This document shows, one piece after another, positions 25,046-36,433 of a DNA stretch of 64,000 nt (the stretch's first letter is position 1; the number at the start of each line of letters is the position of its first letter). Both the position numbers and the translations under genes were made by a program. Source of the DNA: Pyrinomonadaceae bacterium (GTDB taxonomy: Bacteria; Acidobacteriota; Blastocatellia; Pyrinomonadales; Pyrinomonadaceae); the NCBI GenBank assembly GCA_036389675.1, contig DASVWI010000022.1:1112-65111 (forward strand). The letters are read 5' to 3'. The notes under the pieces were generated by a model that was not told the origin of the DNA, ran no database searches, and was given only the letters and a program-made list of their open reading frames with translations.

Positions 25046-25597
25046 TCAGCGGCTCAGGCGCTTGAGCTGGTAATGCATGATTGCCAGCAGGCTCATGGCG
25101 TCCATAATTTCCCCAGAGAGGGCCATTTTCAGTGCGTCTTCAAAAGCCACGCGCCGGATATTAATTTGTTCTGTGCCTTCCGGGTGATGCTGGCCCTGTG
25201 TCAGCTCTGTGGCTAGAAACAGGACGGCCAGCTCGTCTGAGACCGAATTAGAGAGGTGTGCCCGCACCATCAGTTCCCATTTGGCGGCGCGCAAGCCCGT
25301 CTCCTCCTCAAGCTCACGCTGTGCCCCGAGCAGTATGTCTTCCCCTTCAGGACATCCGCCCTCCGGTATTTCCCATGAATACTGGTCAAGCACGTAGCGA
25401 TATTGCCCGACCAGATAGACCGACTCATCTTCTATGGGGAGGACGCCGACGGCGATGTTCTTGTAATGGACGGCCCCGTAGATTCCAGGCTCGCCGTCCG
25501 GACGTATGACTTTATCCTCGCGCACACTAATCCAGTTATTATCATAGACTTCCCGCGTCGAGACCGTACGCCAGGGATTCTTCGTTTCGTCGAACAT
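25046..25597 (-). CDS. NUDIX hydrolase (ADP-ribose pyrophosphatase-like)
   Basis: Nudix box GGCPEGEDILLGAQRELEEETGL. Confidence 0.85.
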   Translation of the reverse strand: MFDETKNPWRTVSTREVYDNNWISVREDKVIRPDGEPGIYGAVHYKNIAVGVLPIEDESVYLVGQYRYVLDQYSWEIPEGGCPEGEDILLGAQRELEEETGLRAAKWELMVRAHLSNSVSDELAVLFLATELTQGQHHPEGTEQINIRRVAFEDALKMALSGEIMDAMSLLAIMHYQLKRLSR

Positions 25598-25661
25598 AAT
25601 CGGATTTTCTTATGAGCAGGGATTGAAATGACCGACAAAGAGTGTCTCTGCCCCGGACGGA

Positions 25662-26801
25662 TTATTTGCCGGGTTCGTGGGCTTGAGCGGCTGCGCTCTC
25701 CGCGCCCGTATTGAGCGTTGCCGCCTGCTCGATTAGAGATGGCTCCGGCCACGTCGCTTCGGACGAGCGATCAGCCTTTCTAAAGACATCCAGCAGGGCC
25801 AGTGTGATAGCGACAACCACAGGCCCGAGCACGATTCCCAGCACCCCGAAGACCTGCAACCCACCTAACACAGAGAAAAAGATCAAAAGCTCGTGCAGCT
25901 TTGTTCTTTCGCCGACTAGCTTCGGGCGTAGGAAATTATCTATCGTCCCGATCACCAGCAAGCCCCAGGCGACCAGTATCAGAGCCTTAACCCAATGTCC
26001 CGTGATTGCCAGATAGATCGCCGCCGGAACCCAGACGATGAAAGCGCCCGCCATCGGAATCATCGAGAGGAAAGTCATGATCACAGCCCAGACGATAGCC
26101 GAAGGCAGGCCGAGCACCCAGAAGGCCAGACCGCCGAGCGCGCCCTGTATCATGGCTATGACCAGCACGCCGTAAAGGCTCGCGCTGATCACGTCACGCG
26201 TGCGTGTAAAAATATCTTCGCTCTCAGCTCGTTCCAGCGGCAGCATCTCAGGCAAAGCGCGTACGATCTTATCGCCGTCGCGAAAGAAGTAGTACATCGT
26301 AAAGATCACAAAAAAGACCTGCACGACGACGCCGACCAGACCGCCGACAAAGCCCAGCGTGCGCCCCGCAATTGTTCCGCCCAGCCCCTTCAAGCGATCA
26401 ACCAGAAACTCCTGCGAATACAACTGCTCGACATTAACGTACTGGCCCAGCCACGCTATGAAGCGTCCGGTCGTGGGAGAGTTGGGATTAAGCAGGGTGG
26501 CGGCGCTCGCTTGCAGGTTCTGCAACACTCCTGTCATCTGATTGATGACGGCAAGCGTAATAAGCGCCAGAGGAATCAGTATCACTACGATCACGAAGAG
26601 GCTCGACAGCAGTGCGCTCGTCGCTGGCCGACCCGTGCGCGCCACCAGCCGACGATGAACTGGATAAAAAGAGATGACCAGCACGGCGGCCCACGCCAGC
26701 ACGTTCACAAACGGCTGTAGCATCAGCCAGCATAGATAGAGCGCGACCGCGGTTGCGAACAACAAAGCGAGTAATCGTGCCTGAAATTTTCGCTCTCTCA
26801 T
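25662..26801 (-). CDS. AI-2E family transporter (PerM-like)
   Basis: 379 aa with about 8 TM segments. IDNFLRPKLVGERTKLHELLIFFSVLGG is a typical AI-2E/UPF0118 block. Confidence 0.85.
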   Translation of the reverse strand: MRERKFQARLLALLFATAVALYLCWLMLQPFVNVLAWAAVLVISFYPVHRRLVARTGRPATSALLSSLFVIVVILIPLALITLAVINQMTGVLQNLQASAATLLNPNSPTTGRFIAWLGQYVNVEQLYSQEFLVDRLKGLGGTIAGRTLGFVGGLVGVVVQVFFVIFTMYYFFRDGDKIVRALPEMLPLERAESEDIFTRTRDVISASLYGVLVIAMIQGALGGLAFWVLGLPSAIVWAVIMTFLSMIPMAGAFIVWVPAAIYLAITGHWVKALILVAWGLLVIGTIDNFLRPKLVGERTKLHELLIFFSVLGGLQVFGVLGIVLGPVVVAITLALLDVFRKADRSSEATWPEPSLIEQAATLNTGAESAAAQAHEPGK

Positions 26802-26947
26802 ACTTTATCCCTGAAGGCAGCCACTTTAGCATACCCTCCAGCTTTCACCGCAATCCTTCACAGCTTTCTCCACCGAACAGCCCATCAGGCCATCGGTTGA
26901 CGCCCAAGGCGGGGCGCGTGTTAACATCAAAACGCTTCCAGCATTGC

Positions 26948-27020
26948 GCTCCCGTAGCTCAGTGGATAGAGCATCTGCCTTCTAAGCAGAGGGTCGCACG
27001 TTCGAGTCGTGCCGGGGGCA
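26948..27020 (+). tRNA. tRNA-Arg (anticodon TCT)
   Basis: Acceptor GCTCCCG/CGGGGGC (one G-U pair), anticodon arm TCTGC-CTTCTAA-GCAGA, T arm GCACG-TTCGAGT-CGTGC. Confidence 0.9.
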
Positions 27021-27095
27021 TTATTCATCAGCCGTTTATTTTCGGGGCGCACTTGTCAGTCAAGAGCATCCTTCGGTATGATGTTGAAGGTTTGT

Positions 27096-27173
27096 GGCGG
27101 CTATAGTTCAGTTGGTTAGAACGCTTGATTGTGGTTCAAGAGGTCGTCGGTTCGACCCCGACTAGCCGCCCCA
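27096..27173 (+). tRNA. tRNA-His (anticodon GTG), with encoded G-1 and CCA
   Basis: G-1 precedes the acceptor GCGGCTA/TAGCCGC, discriminator C then CCA. Anticodon arm CTTGA-TTGTGGT-TCAAG. Confidence 0.9.
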
Positions 27174-27187
27174 TTACATCTGAAAAA

Positions 27188-27220
27188 GAGAGAGAGCGAC
27201 CGCGATGGTCGCTCTCTCTC
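27188..27220. terminator. bidirectional terminator (tRNA-His / TPR gene)
   Basis: 14-bp perfect stem GAGAGAGAGCGACC / GGTCGCTCTCTCTC with a 5-nt loop. Flanked by AAAAA on the left and TTT on the right. Confidence 0.65.
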
Positions 27221-27261
27221 TTTACGCAGATGGAAAGGCTGCGGGCGTCGTCTCTTCGTTT

Positions 27262-28122
27262 CTACTTGTTAATGGCGGCGCTCAGCTTGCGGGCGAGGTC
27301 GAGGTCGAAGTCTTTGAGGATGTTGTATTGCTCTAAGGCCGCTGCCTTGTCGCCGAGGCTGATGTAGGCCAGGCCGAGGCTGTAGTAGGCATCTGCGAAG
27401 TCGGGCTTGAGACGAATCGCCTGCCTGTAGGAGCCGACCGACTGTTGAAAGAGATCGAGGTTGCGATATGCTTCGCCCAGTCCATAATGGGCCTCCGCGT
27501 AGGTAGACCTGAGCGCGAGCGCGCGCCTGAGCGGGGCCAGCGATTCGCCGTAGCGCCCCATGAGAAGATAGGCGTTGCCCAGACCGAAGTGGGCTTCGGG
27601 CGTGTTGGGCCTGAGTAGCGTCGCTCCCTTGTAGGCGTCCAGCGCATTCTCATAATTGCCGCCGTAGAGATATGAGTCGGCCAGTCCGAGCATAGCATCT
27701 ATGTTATTCGGGTTGGAGCGCAAAGACTGCCTGTAAGCCTCGACGGCCTCTTTGTACTGTCCGTTATCGAAATACTTGTTGCCCTGTTCGGTATTCTCGT
27801 CCGTGGCGACGGGCTCGCTTTCCTCCGCCTCGGTTTCGGCTGGCTGCGCTCGCCTCCGCACCATACCGTTATTGCCCGAACTCTTCCTCGCAGCGCGTTT
27901 GACTGTCGCCGTGCCCGCACCCCTGCTTGCGCTCTGCGTTTGCGTACCGCCGCCGCTACTGCTACTGCTGCCGCCGCCAGACCGACTTCCGCTGCTGGTA
28001 TTACCGGAGCCGCCAGTGCCGACCGGACGCCTCTGGGCTTTTACCGCGACCATACTCCACAGCAGCACCAGAAAGGCGGCAACAATAAATGAGAGCAGAC
28101 GTGTGGGGGATTTACTTTTCAT
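27262..28122 (-). CDS. TPR repeat protein with signal peptide and a Gly/Ser-rich linker
   Basis: N-terminal TM or signal sequence, a GGSGNTSSGSRSGGGSSSSSGGG linker, then at least 5 TPR units (AYxxLG patterns). Confidence 0.75.
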   Translation of the reverse strand: MKSKSPTRLLSFIVAAFLVLLWSMVAVKAQRRPVGTGGSGNTSSGSRSGGGSSSSSGGGTQTQSASRGAGTATVKRAARKSSGNNGMVRRRAQPAETEAEESEPVATDENTEQGNKYFDNGQYKEAVEAYRQSLRSNPNNIDAMLGLADSYLYGGNYENALDAYKGATLLRPNTPEAHFGLGNAYLLMGRYGESLAPLRRALALRSTYAEAHYGLGEAYRNLDLFQQSVGSYRQAIRLKPDFADAYYSLGLAYISLGDKAAALEQYNILKDFDLDLARKLSAAINK

Positions 28123-28345
28123 ATTGACCTCCAGAGAAGCCGGTCGTGAACTGTGACGGGCAGACCTTCAGAGTTAGGTTCCCTGATGAAGCGCGAAGGA
28201 TGCGATAACAGACCCGCGCAGAATACAACGAGGCGGACGCCACAGTAAAGACCCGTCCCGAAAAGTCTTGGCCGCGCGCTCGGCGGTTGGGGTAAACTAT
28301 CGCCAGAATCTCTTCGGAAGGGTGTGCGATACGGGTTAAAGGTTC

Positions 28346-28354
28346 TGTTATAAT
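28346..28354 (+). promoter_or_regulatory. extended -10 promoter element
   Basis: TGTTATAAT (TGn plus a perfect TATAAT), about 145 nt upstream of the ATG at 28500. Confidence 0.35.
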
Positions 28355-28499
28355 CGCGCCCAGCTCAAAGCCGTGCCGCTACCTTTCGATCTTCCAGATA
28401 GATCACGGGCGGAATTGATTCCCGATCAATCATTTGACTCTTAAGGCGCATGCTCTTGATTACCAAGCATCATTGAAGAGACGAGAAACGGAAACCCCC

Positions 28500-29270
28500 A
28501 TGAAACACTGCCCCAACTGTTATGCCACCTACGAGGACGACTCGCAGACCTATTGCACGAACGAGGGCACGCGCCTGATAGTAGGCTCAGCGCCGAGGTC
28601 GCAGCCGCAGCCGACGATTCTCTCGCCGACACAGGGGAGCGGCGACCTCACCAGATCATCGGAGTTCTTTCAATCCGGCGGCGCGTCTTCGTCGTGGAGC
28701 GGGTCGTCGCCCTCGCTCGGCAGTCAAAAGCCCTGGTCCATATCGGCGGCGGACGCAGCCTCTACACCGCGCAGATCAAATATGCTCCTGATGATACTGG
28801 GCAGCGTCGCCCTGATGGTCGTCGGCCTGATCGTCGGAATCATGCTCGCCAATCGCAATGCGACGACCAGTCAGGCCGCGCCCGAGCAGCGACCAGCGGA
28901 GACCAGGCCCGAGACCGTGCTGGCGGAATTGAAGGATGTGGAAGGAAAGATCACGGAGGCTAATATCAAGGGGGACAAAACGACGCTTGATCGAATGCTG
29001 GCTGACGAATATATAGCCATCGCCGCCGACGGCAAATCCTATAACAAGGCGCAGACGCTGGCGACGACGGAGACCGCAGACTCCGTCACCTCATGGAGCA
29101 TTGACGGCGCGAAACTGCTCAGCTACGGCAAAGATTCAGCCACGCTCACCGGCATTATCACCTTCAAGACCAGCAACATGGTCGAGCGCCAGCAATTCAC
29201 AGACTCCTTTATCAAGCGAGACGGACGCTGGCAAGCCTTCGCCTCACAAAGCACGGTCTTAAAGAATTAA
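28500..29270 (+). CDS. membrane protein: N-terminal zinc-ribbon-like, TM, C-terminal DUF4440/SnoaL-like domain
   Basis: Start trimmed to MKHCPNCYATYEDDSQTYC. TM is MLLMILGSVALMVVGLIVGIML. The C-terminus (LDRMLADEYIAI...FIKRDGRWQAF) is like the NTF2-fold DUF4440. Confidence 0.6.
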   Translation: MKHCPNCYATYEDDSQTYCTNEGTRLIVGSAPRSQPQPTILSPTQGSGDLTRSSEFFQSGGASSSWSGSSPSLGSQKPWSISAADAASTPRRSNMLLMILGSVALMVVGLIVGIMLANRNATTSQAAPEQRPAETRPETVLAELKDVEGKITEANIKGDKTTLDRMLADEYIAIAADGKSYNKAQTLATTETADSVTSWSIDGAKLLSYGKDSATLTGIITFKTSNMVERQQFTDSFIKRDGRWQAFASQSTVLKN

Positions 29271-29279
29271 CAGGGAGGA

Positions 29280-29380
29280 AAGGCAAGGATGAAGGATGAA
29301 GGCGGAAGGATGAAAAGAATGCTTCTCTTTCTTGAGAGCTTTTACTTCATCCTTCATCCTTCATCCTTCATCCTTTATCT
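29280..29380. repeat. GGATGAA-arm hairpin element, type B, copy B1
   Basis: Left arm AAGGCAAGGATGAAGGATGAAGGCGGAAGGATGAA, right arm TTCATCCTTCATCCTTCATCCTTCATCCTTT. Fills the convergent gap 29271-29383. Confidence 0.75.
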
Positions 29381-29383
29381 TCT

Positions 29384-30250
29384 CTATTCCCCGCCGTACC
29401 TGATCTCCATCCGGCGAATCTGTAGACTGGCGAAAGCAAGCAGCAGCCCGGTCATGATTAAGAGGGTCGGGACGGCAACCCATGCCGGGGTCGGCTCGGC
29501 GACGATGGCGAATGGGCCTTCGGCGAGAGGAAGCGGCGAGAGCGATTGCAGGTAATGAATCACGCTCAGCTTTTTAAGGAGCGGCGGAAGCAGGAAGTTG
29601 ATGAACTCCCAACCATAGACGGCGAGCGCAGGGATAATGGGATTGCGAAAGAGCAAGCCTATCAGAAGAAAGACCGCGCCGTAGCCGGCGCACGCCAGAG
29701 CCGTGATCGCCAGATAGATGAGCGCGTACCTTAAGCCGTGCCCCTCGACAAGAAGTTTCATGCTGGCGCTGTAGCCTAGCGGCAGGTAGAGCAGTAGTAG
29801 CGAGACGGCTGTGGCCGAGACGAAAAGGATGAGCGAGGTCAGCAGGCCCGAAAGATATTTCCCGACGACCAGCACTTCCCTCCTGAGCGGCGAGAGAAAG
29901 TAATAGTGCAGGCTTCTGTCCACCACTTCGCCGCGAAAGAGATTCATAAATATCCAGGCGCAGCCGAAGAAGACGACCGTCCTCAGAATCAGTATCTCGT
30001 AGATGCCTGCGAACATCATGTTCAGGAAAGCCGGCTCGGCACGGCCTCCCACGTCCGGCGGAATCAGCGCTATCGCCGAGAACAGCAGGACGGGCAGCAG
30101 CGCGAGCAGGTAGATCAGTATGGCACGCCTGCCCCAGAAATTTTTCTTCACCTCAAGCCTGAGGATGGCAAGCACCTGCCGCATCCATAGAGTCCAGGGC
30201 AGCCCTTCCGCGGGCTTTGTGACGACGCTCGTGTCGGCCCGGCTGCTCAT
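29384..30250 (-). CDS. ABC-2 type permease-like membrane protein
   Basis: 288 aa with about 6 TM segments. 4-nt overlap with the upstream ATPase gene. Confidence 0.75.
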   Translation of the reverse strand: MSSRADTSVVTKPAEGLPWTLWMRQVLAILRLEVKKNFWGRRAILIYLLALLPVLLFSAIALIPPDVGGRAEPAFLNMMFAGIYEILILRTVVFFGCAWIFMNLFRGEVVDRSLHYYFLSPLRREVLVVGKYLSGLLTSLILFVSATAVSLLLLYLPLGYSASMKLLVEGHGLRYALIYLAITALACAGYGAVFLLIGLLFRNPIIPALAVYGWEFINFLLPPLLKKLSVIHYLQSLSPLPLAEGPFAIVAEPTPAWVAVPTLLIMTGLLLAFASLQIRRMEIRYGGE

Positions 30251-31203
30251 GACGGGTTGCCTCCTTCCGAACTGATCAGATATTGGTAGACGGCATTGAG
30301 ATCATCATCTACAGGCGCGACCGATTCGACGTTCAGGTTGTTTTCAAGCACGACGCGATTCAACAACAGGTAGAACTGGTCTGCGTCGCGTGTCTTGACA
30401 AAGAGGCCCTGGGCGTCGGTGTGCAGCCGCGCCTCGACCACAGCGTTGTGCTCGAAGACGCGTGCGGCCAGCACTCCCGGGCGGTCGCAACGGATGAGAA
30501 TCTGTATCGGGTGCTCGTCCATCTCGTCGCGCACGCCGTGAATATCACCCTCGGCGACGACATAACCGTTATTCAAGAGCACCACCTGATCCGACATCAT
30601 ATCAACTTCGTGCAGGATATGGCTCGAAATAACCAGATGTAGACCTTCCGAGGCGAGCTGACGAAAGAGGTTGATGGTTTCGGCGCGCGCCATCGGGTCA
30701 AGGCCGTTCAGAGGCTCGTCAAGAATCAGGACGGTCGGCCCGTGCGCGATAGACTGGGCCAAGCGTATGCGCTGGCGCATTCCCTTGCTATAGCCCGCCA
30801 CTTTTCTATTGGCAGCATCGGTCAGACCGACGCGCTCAAGCGCTTTGGCGCTCATCTCTTCGGACTCCCCGCGCGTGTAGCCCTGCACGCCCAGAAAAGA
30901 GGAGATGAACTGGCGACCCGTCAGCCCACCGGGGAAAGAATCGAACTGCGAGCAGTAGCCGACCTTGCGAAAAAGCTGTTCGGGCCGGTCGGGCTCTATG
31001 CCCAGAACACTGATGCGACCGCGCGTCGGGCGCAGCAGCCCCGTCATCAGATTCATGAGCGTAGTCTTGCCGGAGCCGTTTGGGCCAACGAGGCTCGTGA
31101 TGCCCGGCGCAATCGACAGATTGACGCGATTGACGCCGAGTATCTCGCCGTAGAATTTCGAGACATCGTCAAAGACGATCATCTGTGCAGAGGTTTCGTT
31201 CAT
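30247..31203 (-). CDS. ABC transporter ATP-binding protein
   Basis: Start trimmed to [11 protein letters not shown] (ATG at 31203, ATGA overlap with the upstream stop). Walker [10 protein letters not shown], signature YSKGMRQR, Walker B LILDEP. Confidence 0.85.
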   Translation of the reverse strand: MNETSAQMIVFDDVSKFYGEILGVNRVNLSIAPGITSLVGPNGSGKTTLMNLMTGLLRPTRGRISVLGIEPDRPEQLFRKVGYCSQFDSFPGGLTGRQFISSFLGVQGYTRGESEEMSAKALERVGLTDAANRKVAGYSKGMRQRIRLAQSIAHGPTVLILDEPLNGLDPMARAETINLFRQLASEGLHLVISSHILHEVDMMSDQVVLLNNGYVVAEGDIHGVRDEMDEHPIQILIRCDRPGVLAARVFEHNAVVEARLHTDAQGLFVKTRDADQFYLLLNRVVLENNLNVESVAPVDDDLNAVYQYLISSEGGNPS

Positions 31204-32117
31204 CCGCGCACCACCTCGTAGGCTCGTACCCGGCGCGCGATCACTATCAGGCAGACCGCCGCGATCAGGAAGAGGACGAACCATGCCGTCCAGAGCGGCG
31301 GCTCCATCAGCACGATGTTCACGTCGCGCCCGTTGATCGTTCCCTGTATGTGGCCCGTCTGCCGCACGAAGATTCCGAACAACTGCGCCCACACGGCCCT
31401 CACGACGGCGCGCAGCGAGAGCAGATTCCCCCACCGCGTCATAAAGATGTTATTGATGATCTCCCCGAAGACCGAAGGGATGAAGAAGATGCCGAGCAGC
31501 GCGGCGCTCGCCGCCAGCCGCCACTTGACCAGCGCCGAGATGGCCTGCGACAGCAGCGCCAGCACAATGATCCACACCCAGCTTCCGAGAAAGATAGCGC
31601 CCGCCAGCTTGAGGTTCGCGGTAAACCACCCCAAGCCTCCCAGATAAGACTGGAACAGGAAGAGTAGAAGGCCCGGTATCCATGTGATCACCGACAGCAG
31701 TATAAAGACGACGGACATCTTGCCCAGCACATACTCGGCGCGCGTAAATGGCCTGCACAGGTAGAGCGGGAGCGCGTTGTTGGACAGGTCGCGCGAGATG
31801 AGGGGCGGGCCGACCAGCAGGTTGAGAAAGAAACCGAAGAAGCCCTGAGTGGCGACGAACGTGTAAAAGAAGTCTGCGTCAATCGGTATCAGGTCGCCAA
31901 TCGTCATCTTCATAATCGCCTTCGCGCTCTCGTTGTGCGGAAGGTAGATGACGATGGCCGCGATCAGCGGGTAGATCAGGCAGGCGACGAAGAAGGCGAT
32001 GAAGAACTTGGATTGAAAGACGCCCTGCAAGGCATGGCGCGGCAGTATCAGGAAGCGCGACCACAGCGGCGTCACTTCGCCCGCGTAGGGCCTGTAAGTG
32101 TGCTCATAAACTGCCAT
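31200..32117 (-). CDS. ABC-2 type permease-like membrane protein
   Basis: 305 aa, multi-TM. Overlaps both neighbouring genes. Confidence 0.7.
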   Translation of the reverse strand: MAVYEHTYRPYAGEVTPLWSRFLILPRHALQGVFQSKFFIAFFVACLIYPLIAAIVIYLPHNESAKAIMKMTIGDLIPIDADFFYTFVATQGFFGFFLNLLVGPPLISRDLSNNALPLYLCRPFTRAEYVLGKMSVVFILLSVITWIPGLLLFLFQSYLGGLGWFTANLKLAGAIFLGSWVWIIVLALLSQAISALVKWRLAASAALLGIFFIPSVFGEIINNIFMTRWGNLLSLRAVVRAVWAQLFGIFVRQTGHIQGTINGRDVNIVLMEPPLWTAWFVLFLIAAVCLIVIARRVRAYEVVRG

Positions 32118-33033
32118 TGCCGTCCTCCATCGCCTTGAGGAAGATGTCTTCCAGAGAATCCCGCTTGAAGTTGAGCCGCCTGATCTGCACCTTGCGCTCC
32201 GCAGCCATGCGATAGAGGTCTGTAATCTCGACGCCGTTCTGCAGGACGAGCTTGACGCGGTGGTTGCCCGAGAGCGCGTACTCGCAGCCCGTGCGCGCGA
32301 TGGCCTCGACGAAAGAGACGCCGTCGCCGCGAATCTCCATCTCTAAGAATTTACGGTTGGCGCGGCGCTCCGCTTCGAGATTACAGTTGGCGACGATGCG
32401 CCCGTCTTTCAGAATCAGAATCTCTTCGCAGCATTCCTCGACATCCCTCAGAAGGTGCGAGGAGAGCAGTATGTTGGCCTCGCCGCTGTCTCGTATCTCG
32501 CGTATGAGGCGAATCATGCGCAGGCGCGTCGGCGGGTCGAGCCCGTTGGTCGGCTCGTCAAGGATGATCAGCTTTGGCCCGTGGACGATGGCCTGCGCCA
32601 GCTTGGCAAGTTGCTTCATCCCGAGCGAGTAGGTGTCCAGAGTGCGGTAGCGCGCCTCTCCCAATCCGACGTAAAAGAGCGCTTCGTGTGCCCTCTCAAG
32701 CGCGGCCTCGCCGGGCAGGCCCGAAAGCTCCGCCATCATGCTGACGAAATGCACACAGGTCATGCGCGCGATGAAGGAATCGCGCTCGGGCATAAAGCCT
32801 ATGAGGGCACGAATACGCTTGGCGTCTCGCTTGATGTCTTCGCCGAAGATGTGCGCCGTGCCGGTCGAGGGCGGGTGAAATCCGAGCAGGGTGTGAATGA
32901 GCGTAGTCTTGCCAGCGCCGTTTGGCCCAAGCAGGCCGATGGAGCGCCCGGCCAGCGTGCCGCGCAGGTCTTTGAGGATGGGGCGACCGCCGAACTGCAC
33001 TCCCAATCCATCGAGGGTGATAACCGGATTCAT
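32104..33033 (-). CDS. ABC transporter ATP-binding protein
   Basis: Walker [10 protein letters not shown], signature YSLGMKQL, Walker B LIILDEP. Start probably MNPVITLDG (33033) rather than 33072. Confidence 0.85.
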   Translation of the reverse strand: MNPVITLDGLGVQFGGRPILKDLRGTLAGRSIGLLGPNGAGKTTLIHTLLGFHPPSTGTAHIFGEDIKRDAKRIRALIGFMPERDSFIARMTCVHFVSMMAELSGLPGEAALERAHEALFYVGLGEARYRTLDTYSLGMKQLAKLAQAIVHGPKLIILDEPTNGLDPPTRLRMIRLIREIRDSGEANILLSSHLLRDVEECCEEILILKDGRIVANCNLEAERRANRKFLEMEIRGDGVSFVEAIARTGCEYALSGNHRVKLVLQNGVEITDLYRMAAERKVQIRRLNFKRDSLEDIFLKAMEDGNGSL

Positions 33034-33144
33034 CAGAAGTTGATTCTCTGTCTCTCTCGCCACAAAGGTCAAGCACAGCCAGCGAGCCAGCCGGGGATGG
33101 CGAACGCTAAGCTCGCTTCCCCCGGCTGGCGCACATGACTGACT

Positions 33145-35889
33145 TTAAGGCTTCGCCGTCTTCCCTTCCATCGCCTCGTGCATGATGTGCTGAAGGGCGA
33201 AGGCGTTCGGCAACCCGAGAAGACTGGTCGGGCTCAGACCGAAGGGGCCGCCCTCCGTGTTTGAAGCAAGCACGATCCGGTCGCCGGAAGCGTAGGCATA
33301 GGCGAGGGTCGGCGGCGCGTTAGCGCCCATCGCGCGGATGGCCTGCTGCTGATCCGCGGGCAGGCTCTGGGATTTAGCCATGCGCTCGGCCAGCGGCTCG
33401 ATCAGGGGCGCGAGGTCATGATAAAGGAGCGCCGAGAAATTAGCATTGCCGTCGGTGGGCAACTGTGCCTTGAAGCGCGGTGAGCTCAGCAGCGTATAGC
33501 CCGACTCACGATAGCTCAAGGCGCGATCAACCAGCGCGCGGCTCGGCGCGGCCACGAGGTAGCCGTCTGCGTAAGCGTAGTGAACCTCCAGCCCGAAGTC
33601 CACCGATTTGAGCGCGTAGAAGGTGCGCCCGCCCGATTCCGTGCGTTCCCAACGCAGACCGCCCTTGCCTTCTTTCGCGGCCCACTGGTTCAACTGCTCC
33701 ACCACGCGCTCGAAGGTCTGCTGCAAGCGCGCCTGATCGTAGACCTCGAAAACCATCTTCCATGAAGGCGCGGGAAGGATAGGCCCGTCAATGGCGAAGG
33801 CGAACTCGCCGCCGAGCGGAGCGGCGAAATCGTTGCGTATATTCAAGCCCTGTTTCGCCTCCATCTCCTGCAAGGTTTTCCGCAGGTCGGGCGAAGTCGT
33901 CTCGACGAATCCGAGCAGGTCGTCCACGAGCGCCGTCGGTTCCTTGACGACGAAGGCCGAGACCACGTTGGCGTTGGGCGAGACGTATTGCAGCGCCCCC
34001 ATGGGGCCGGGCGCGGCGAGCCATGAGGCTATGCCGTGTTGCTGCCCTTCGGTGAAGGTCAGGCTGGCGCGACTCTGCGTCCTGCCGTCCTTCTCCCTTT
34101 GCTCGACGATGAAGTGCCTGAGGTCGAGCAGGCCCAGCTTGCGATAGCCCTCGATGCGCGCGGCCTCTTCCTGCGATTTCGCGCCATCGCTGACGGCGCG
34201 GGCGATGATCTTTTCAAGGTCGGCGGCGACGATCAGACCAGCCCCTTCCTGATACAGCTCGTTGATGCGGGTATAGAAGGGCGTGCCGACGAAACCGTTC
34301 GTGCCCGCAGACCCGCCGGTCGCCTGAAGTCTTTGCAGTTGCTCAAGGCTCGGAGCAGCGGCGAAGAAATCGTTCTGAATCCAGATCAGTAATTCGGCGG
34401 GCGGCCCTTTAGCCTCCGTCGTCGCGGGAGCCGGAGCGGCTGTCGTGTTGGCCGGGTCGTCAATGAGACGAACCTTCGGCCCGTTTTTGGATAAGAGGTT
34501 GATCGCCTTGATCTGCTGCTCGATGTAGGGGCGGAAGCCCGCGGAGTTTTTCAGCGCGCCGAGCACAAGGATGTTGTCGGGCTCGCCCTTCTCGTTCATC
34601 TGTGCGGAGACGACGATCTCGTCGCCCAGGTATTCGCCGAACTCGCGAATCTGTCCGATCATCTGATCGAGTCTCGGCCCGCCGCGCTCTTTCGCGTGCT
34701 CGCTCTCCCACCACTGGCGGAGCGCCGGATTCTGGTTGATGCGCTCCTGCATAATCTTGTGCGACTCGCTGAGGGTCACGCTCAGGTTCGGCAGCGCGGC
34801 ATAGAGCACAGTGCCTTCGGGCAGGAGGCCGAGAAAGCGCGTGGAGAAACGCAGCTCCGGCTGTGAGACCTTGCGGTCTACTTCCTGATGAAGCTGTGCC
34901 AGCTCCGATAAGAGCTTGACGTACTTCGTGGACTGGCGACTCCAGGCTATCTCGTCCTTGATGGGCACGAGCTCAAGGCTCGCCTGCGTCGTCGTCTGAT
35001 CGCCCGGATGCAGCACGCGCTCCGTCCCGGCGTGATTGACATGAACCTCGCCCTCGACGACCGAGACGCGCGAGCCCTTCGTCCCGCTGTTGACGGAGAA
35101 GATGGTTCCCGTCACGGAGACCAGAGAGTCAGGCGTGGAGACATAGAGATGACGCTCGCGCTGCTTGGCGGCCTGCACGATCACGTTCCCGCGATCAAGG
35201 TGGACGGTCACGCCGTCAGAGTTTTCAGAGACGTAGAACTCCGAGCGCTCTTTGGTCTCGATGAGCGAGCCGTCCTCAAGTCGCAGCACGGCGTAAGCGT
35301 CTTTGGCCGTGCGTATCTTCTCGCCGCGCGCCAGTTCTTCGCCGACCTTGAGAGCGCGGCTCTGCGTGTCCGAGACTCTAAAGACATCGCCGTTCACCTC
35401 TAAGAGGGTGACGCGCGCCGCGCCCGTATTGGAGTAACGCTGGAAGATTGTGAAAGCACCGAGGGCGAACCCGACCACCAGGACGGCGGCCACGGCCCAG
35501 CGCCACGTGCCTTGCGACGAGATCACAGCGGGGGTGTCTTGACCGCTCGCGGCGAACGTGTCCGGCGCGGGGCGCTTCGTGCGCGCCTGCTTTAAGGCTT
35601 TGCGGCAGGGGATGCACTCGTGCGTGTGGTCTTCCAGCAGTAAAGAGCGCGCCGGTGACAACTGGCCGCGCAGGTAAGCCGGGATGAGCGTCTGGAAATC
35701 GGCGCATCCTTCGATCAGTTCGGCCTGCGCGTCTTCGACCTGACCGGCAAGCGCGACACTCGTGCGCTCCGCCGAAAGGCGCGACCAGACACGCTCCGCC
35801 GCTTGATCGACGATGGCCGAATCGATCTCCTCGTTTCGTATCGCTTCGGTCACTCTATCCAGAACAGTGTCAGTCTCATTATGCTTCAT
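33145..35889 (-). CDS. anti-sigma factor: zf-HC2, TM, FecR domain, large DUF3352-like extracytoplasmic domain
   Basis: [10 protein letters not shown] (H-x3-C-x2-C), [23 protein letters not shown], FecR-like beta region (GDVFRV...[18 protein letters not shown]), then about 550 aa resembling the 15746-17488 product. 11-nt overlap with the sigma gene. Confidence 0.75.
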   Translation of the reverse strand: MKHNETDTVLDRVTEAIRNEEIDSAIVDQAAERVWSRLSAERTSVALAGQVEDAQAELIEGCADFQTLIPAYLRGQLSPARSLLLEDHTHECIPCRKALKQARTKRPAPDTFAASGQDTPAVISSQGTWRWAVAAVLVVGFALGAFTIFQRYSNTGAARVTLLEVNGDVFRVSDTQSRALKVGEELARGEKIRTAKDAYAVLRLEDGSLIETKERSEFYVSENSDGVTVHLDRGNVIVQAAKQRERHLYVSTPDSLVSVTGTIFSVNSGTKGSRVSVVEGEVHVNHAGTERVLHPGDQTTTQASLELVPIKDEIAWSRQSTKYVKLLSELAQLHQEVDRKVSQPELRFSTRFLGLLPEGTVLYAALPNLSVTLSESHKIMQERINQNPALRQWWESEHAKERGGPRLDQMIGQIREFGEYLGDEIVVSAQMNEKGEPDNILVLGALKNSAGFRPYIEQQIKAINLLSKNGPKVRLIDDPANTTAAPAPATTEAKGPPAELLIWIQNDFFAAAPSLEQLQRLQATGGSAGTNGFVGTPFYTRINELYQEGAGLIVAADLEKIIARAVSDGAKSQEEAARIEGYRKLGLLDLRHFIVEQREKDGRTQSRASLTFTEGQQHGIASWLAAPGPMGALQYVSPNANVVSAFVVKEPTALVDDLLGFVETTSPDLRKTLQEMEAKQGLNIRNDFAAPLGGEFAFAIDGPILPAPSWKMVFEVYDQARLQQTFERVVEQLNQWAAKEGKGGLRWERTESGGRTFYALKSVDFGLEVHYAYADGYLVAAPSRALVDRALSYRESGYTLLSSPRFKAQLPTDGNANFSALLYHDLAPLIEPLAERMAKSQSLPADQQQAIRAMGANAPPTLAYAYASGDRIVLASNTEGGPFGLSPTSLLGLPNAFALQHIMHEAMEGKTAKP

Positions 35890-36433
35890 GATGTTTCTCC
35901 AAATACTGGCCGATCTCTTTGCGCAGGCGTGCGCGCGAGCGATGCAGGATCACGGCGACGACCATCTGCGACGTGCCGAGCATCTCGGCTATCTCGCGAT
36001 TGTCGTAGCCCTCGAAATAACGTAGCGCGAAGAATTCCGCCGCCTTTGGCCCGAGCCGTGTGACCGCCTGCCGTATCAGGAGGCGCAGCTCTCTATCGGC
36101 ATGCCTTGCTTCCGGGCCTGAATCACTGCTGGCGAGCATCTCCGGCTCAATCTCTTCGAGAGTGAGCGAGGTGCGACGGCTGCGCAGGAGGTCTAACGAG
36201 GCGTTGACGGCAGCGCGCACAAGATAGGCCGCAGGGCTCGGCGCGAAATCGTATCCCTGCTTGCGCCGCATGAGGCGAAGAAAGACGGTTTGCAGCACGT
36301 CCTCTGCGTCCGAGGCGCTACCCGTCACCCTGTATGCGGTGCGGTAAATTTGTTCGTTATGCTGGCGAAACAGGCTCTCCAACTCGTCCGGCGGATTGGG
36401 GAGCGGTCGCAAATGCGCGGCTGTGGCTGGCAC
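35879..36433 (-). CDS. ECF-type RNA polymerase sigma factor
   Basis: Region 2 (YRTAYRVTGSASDAEDVLQTVFLRL) and region 4 (REIAEMLGTSQMVVAVILHRSRARLR). I prefer the GTG at 36433, 5 nt after an AAGGAGG SD, over 36448. Confidence 0.85.
   Translation of the reverse strand: MPATAAHLRPLPNPPDELESLFRQHNEQIYRTAYRVTGSASDAEDVLQTVFLRLMRRKQGYDFAPSPAAYLVRAAVNASLDLLRSRRTSLTLEEIEPEMLASSDSGPEARHADRELRLLIRQAVTRLGPKAAEFFALRYFEGYDNREIAEMLGTSQMVVAVILHRSRARLRKEIGQYLEKHHEA

Noticed and set aside
29289-29555. 88-aa ORF beginning MKDEGGRMKRM...
   Set aside because: It is simply the translation of the GGATGAA repeat arms running into the antisense of the permease gene.
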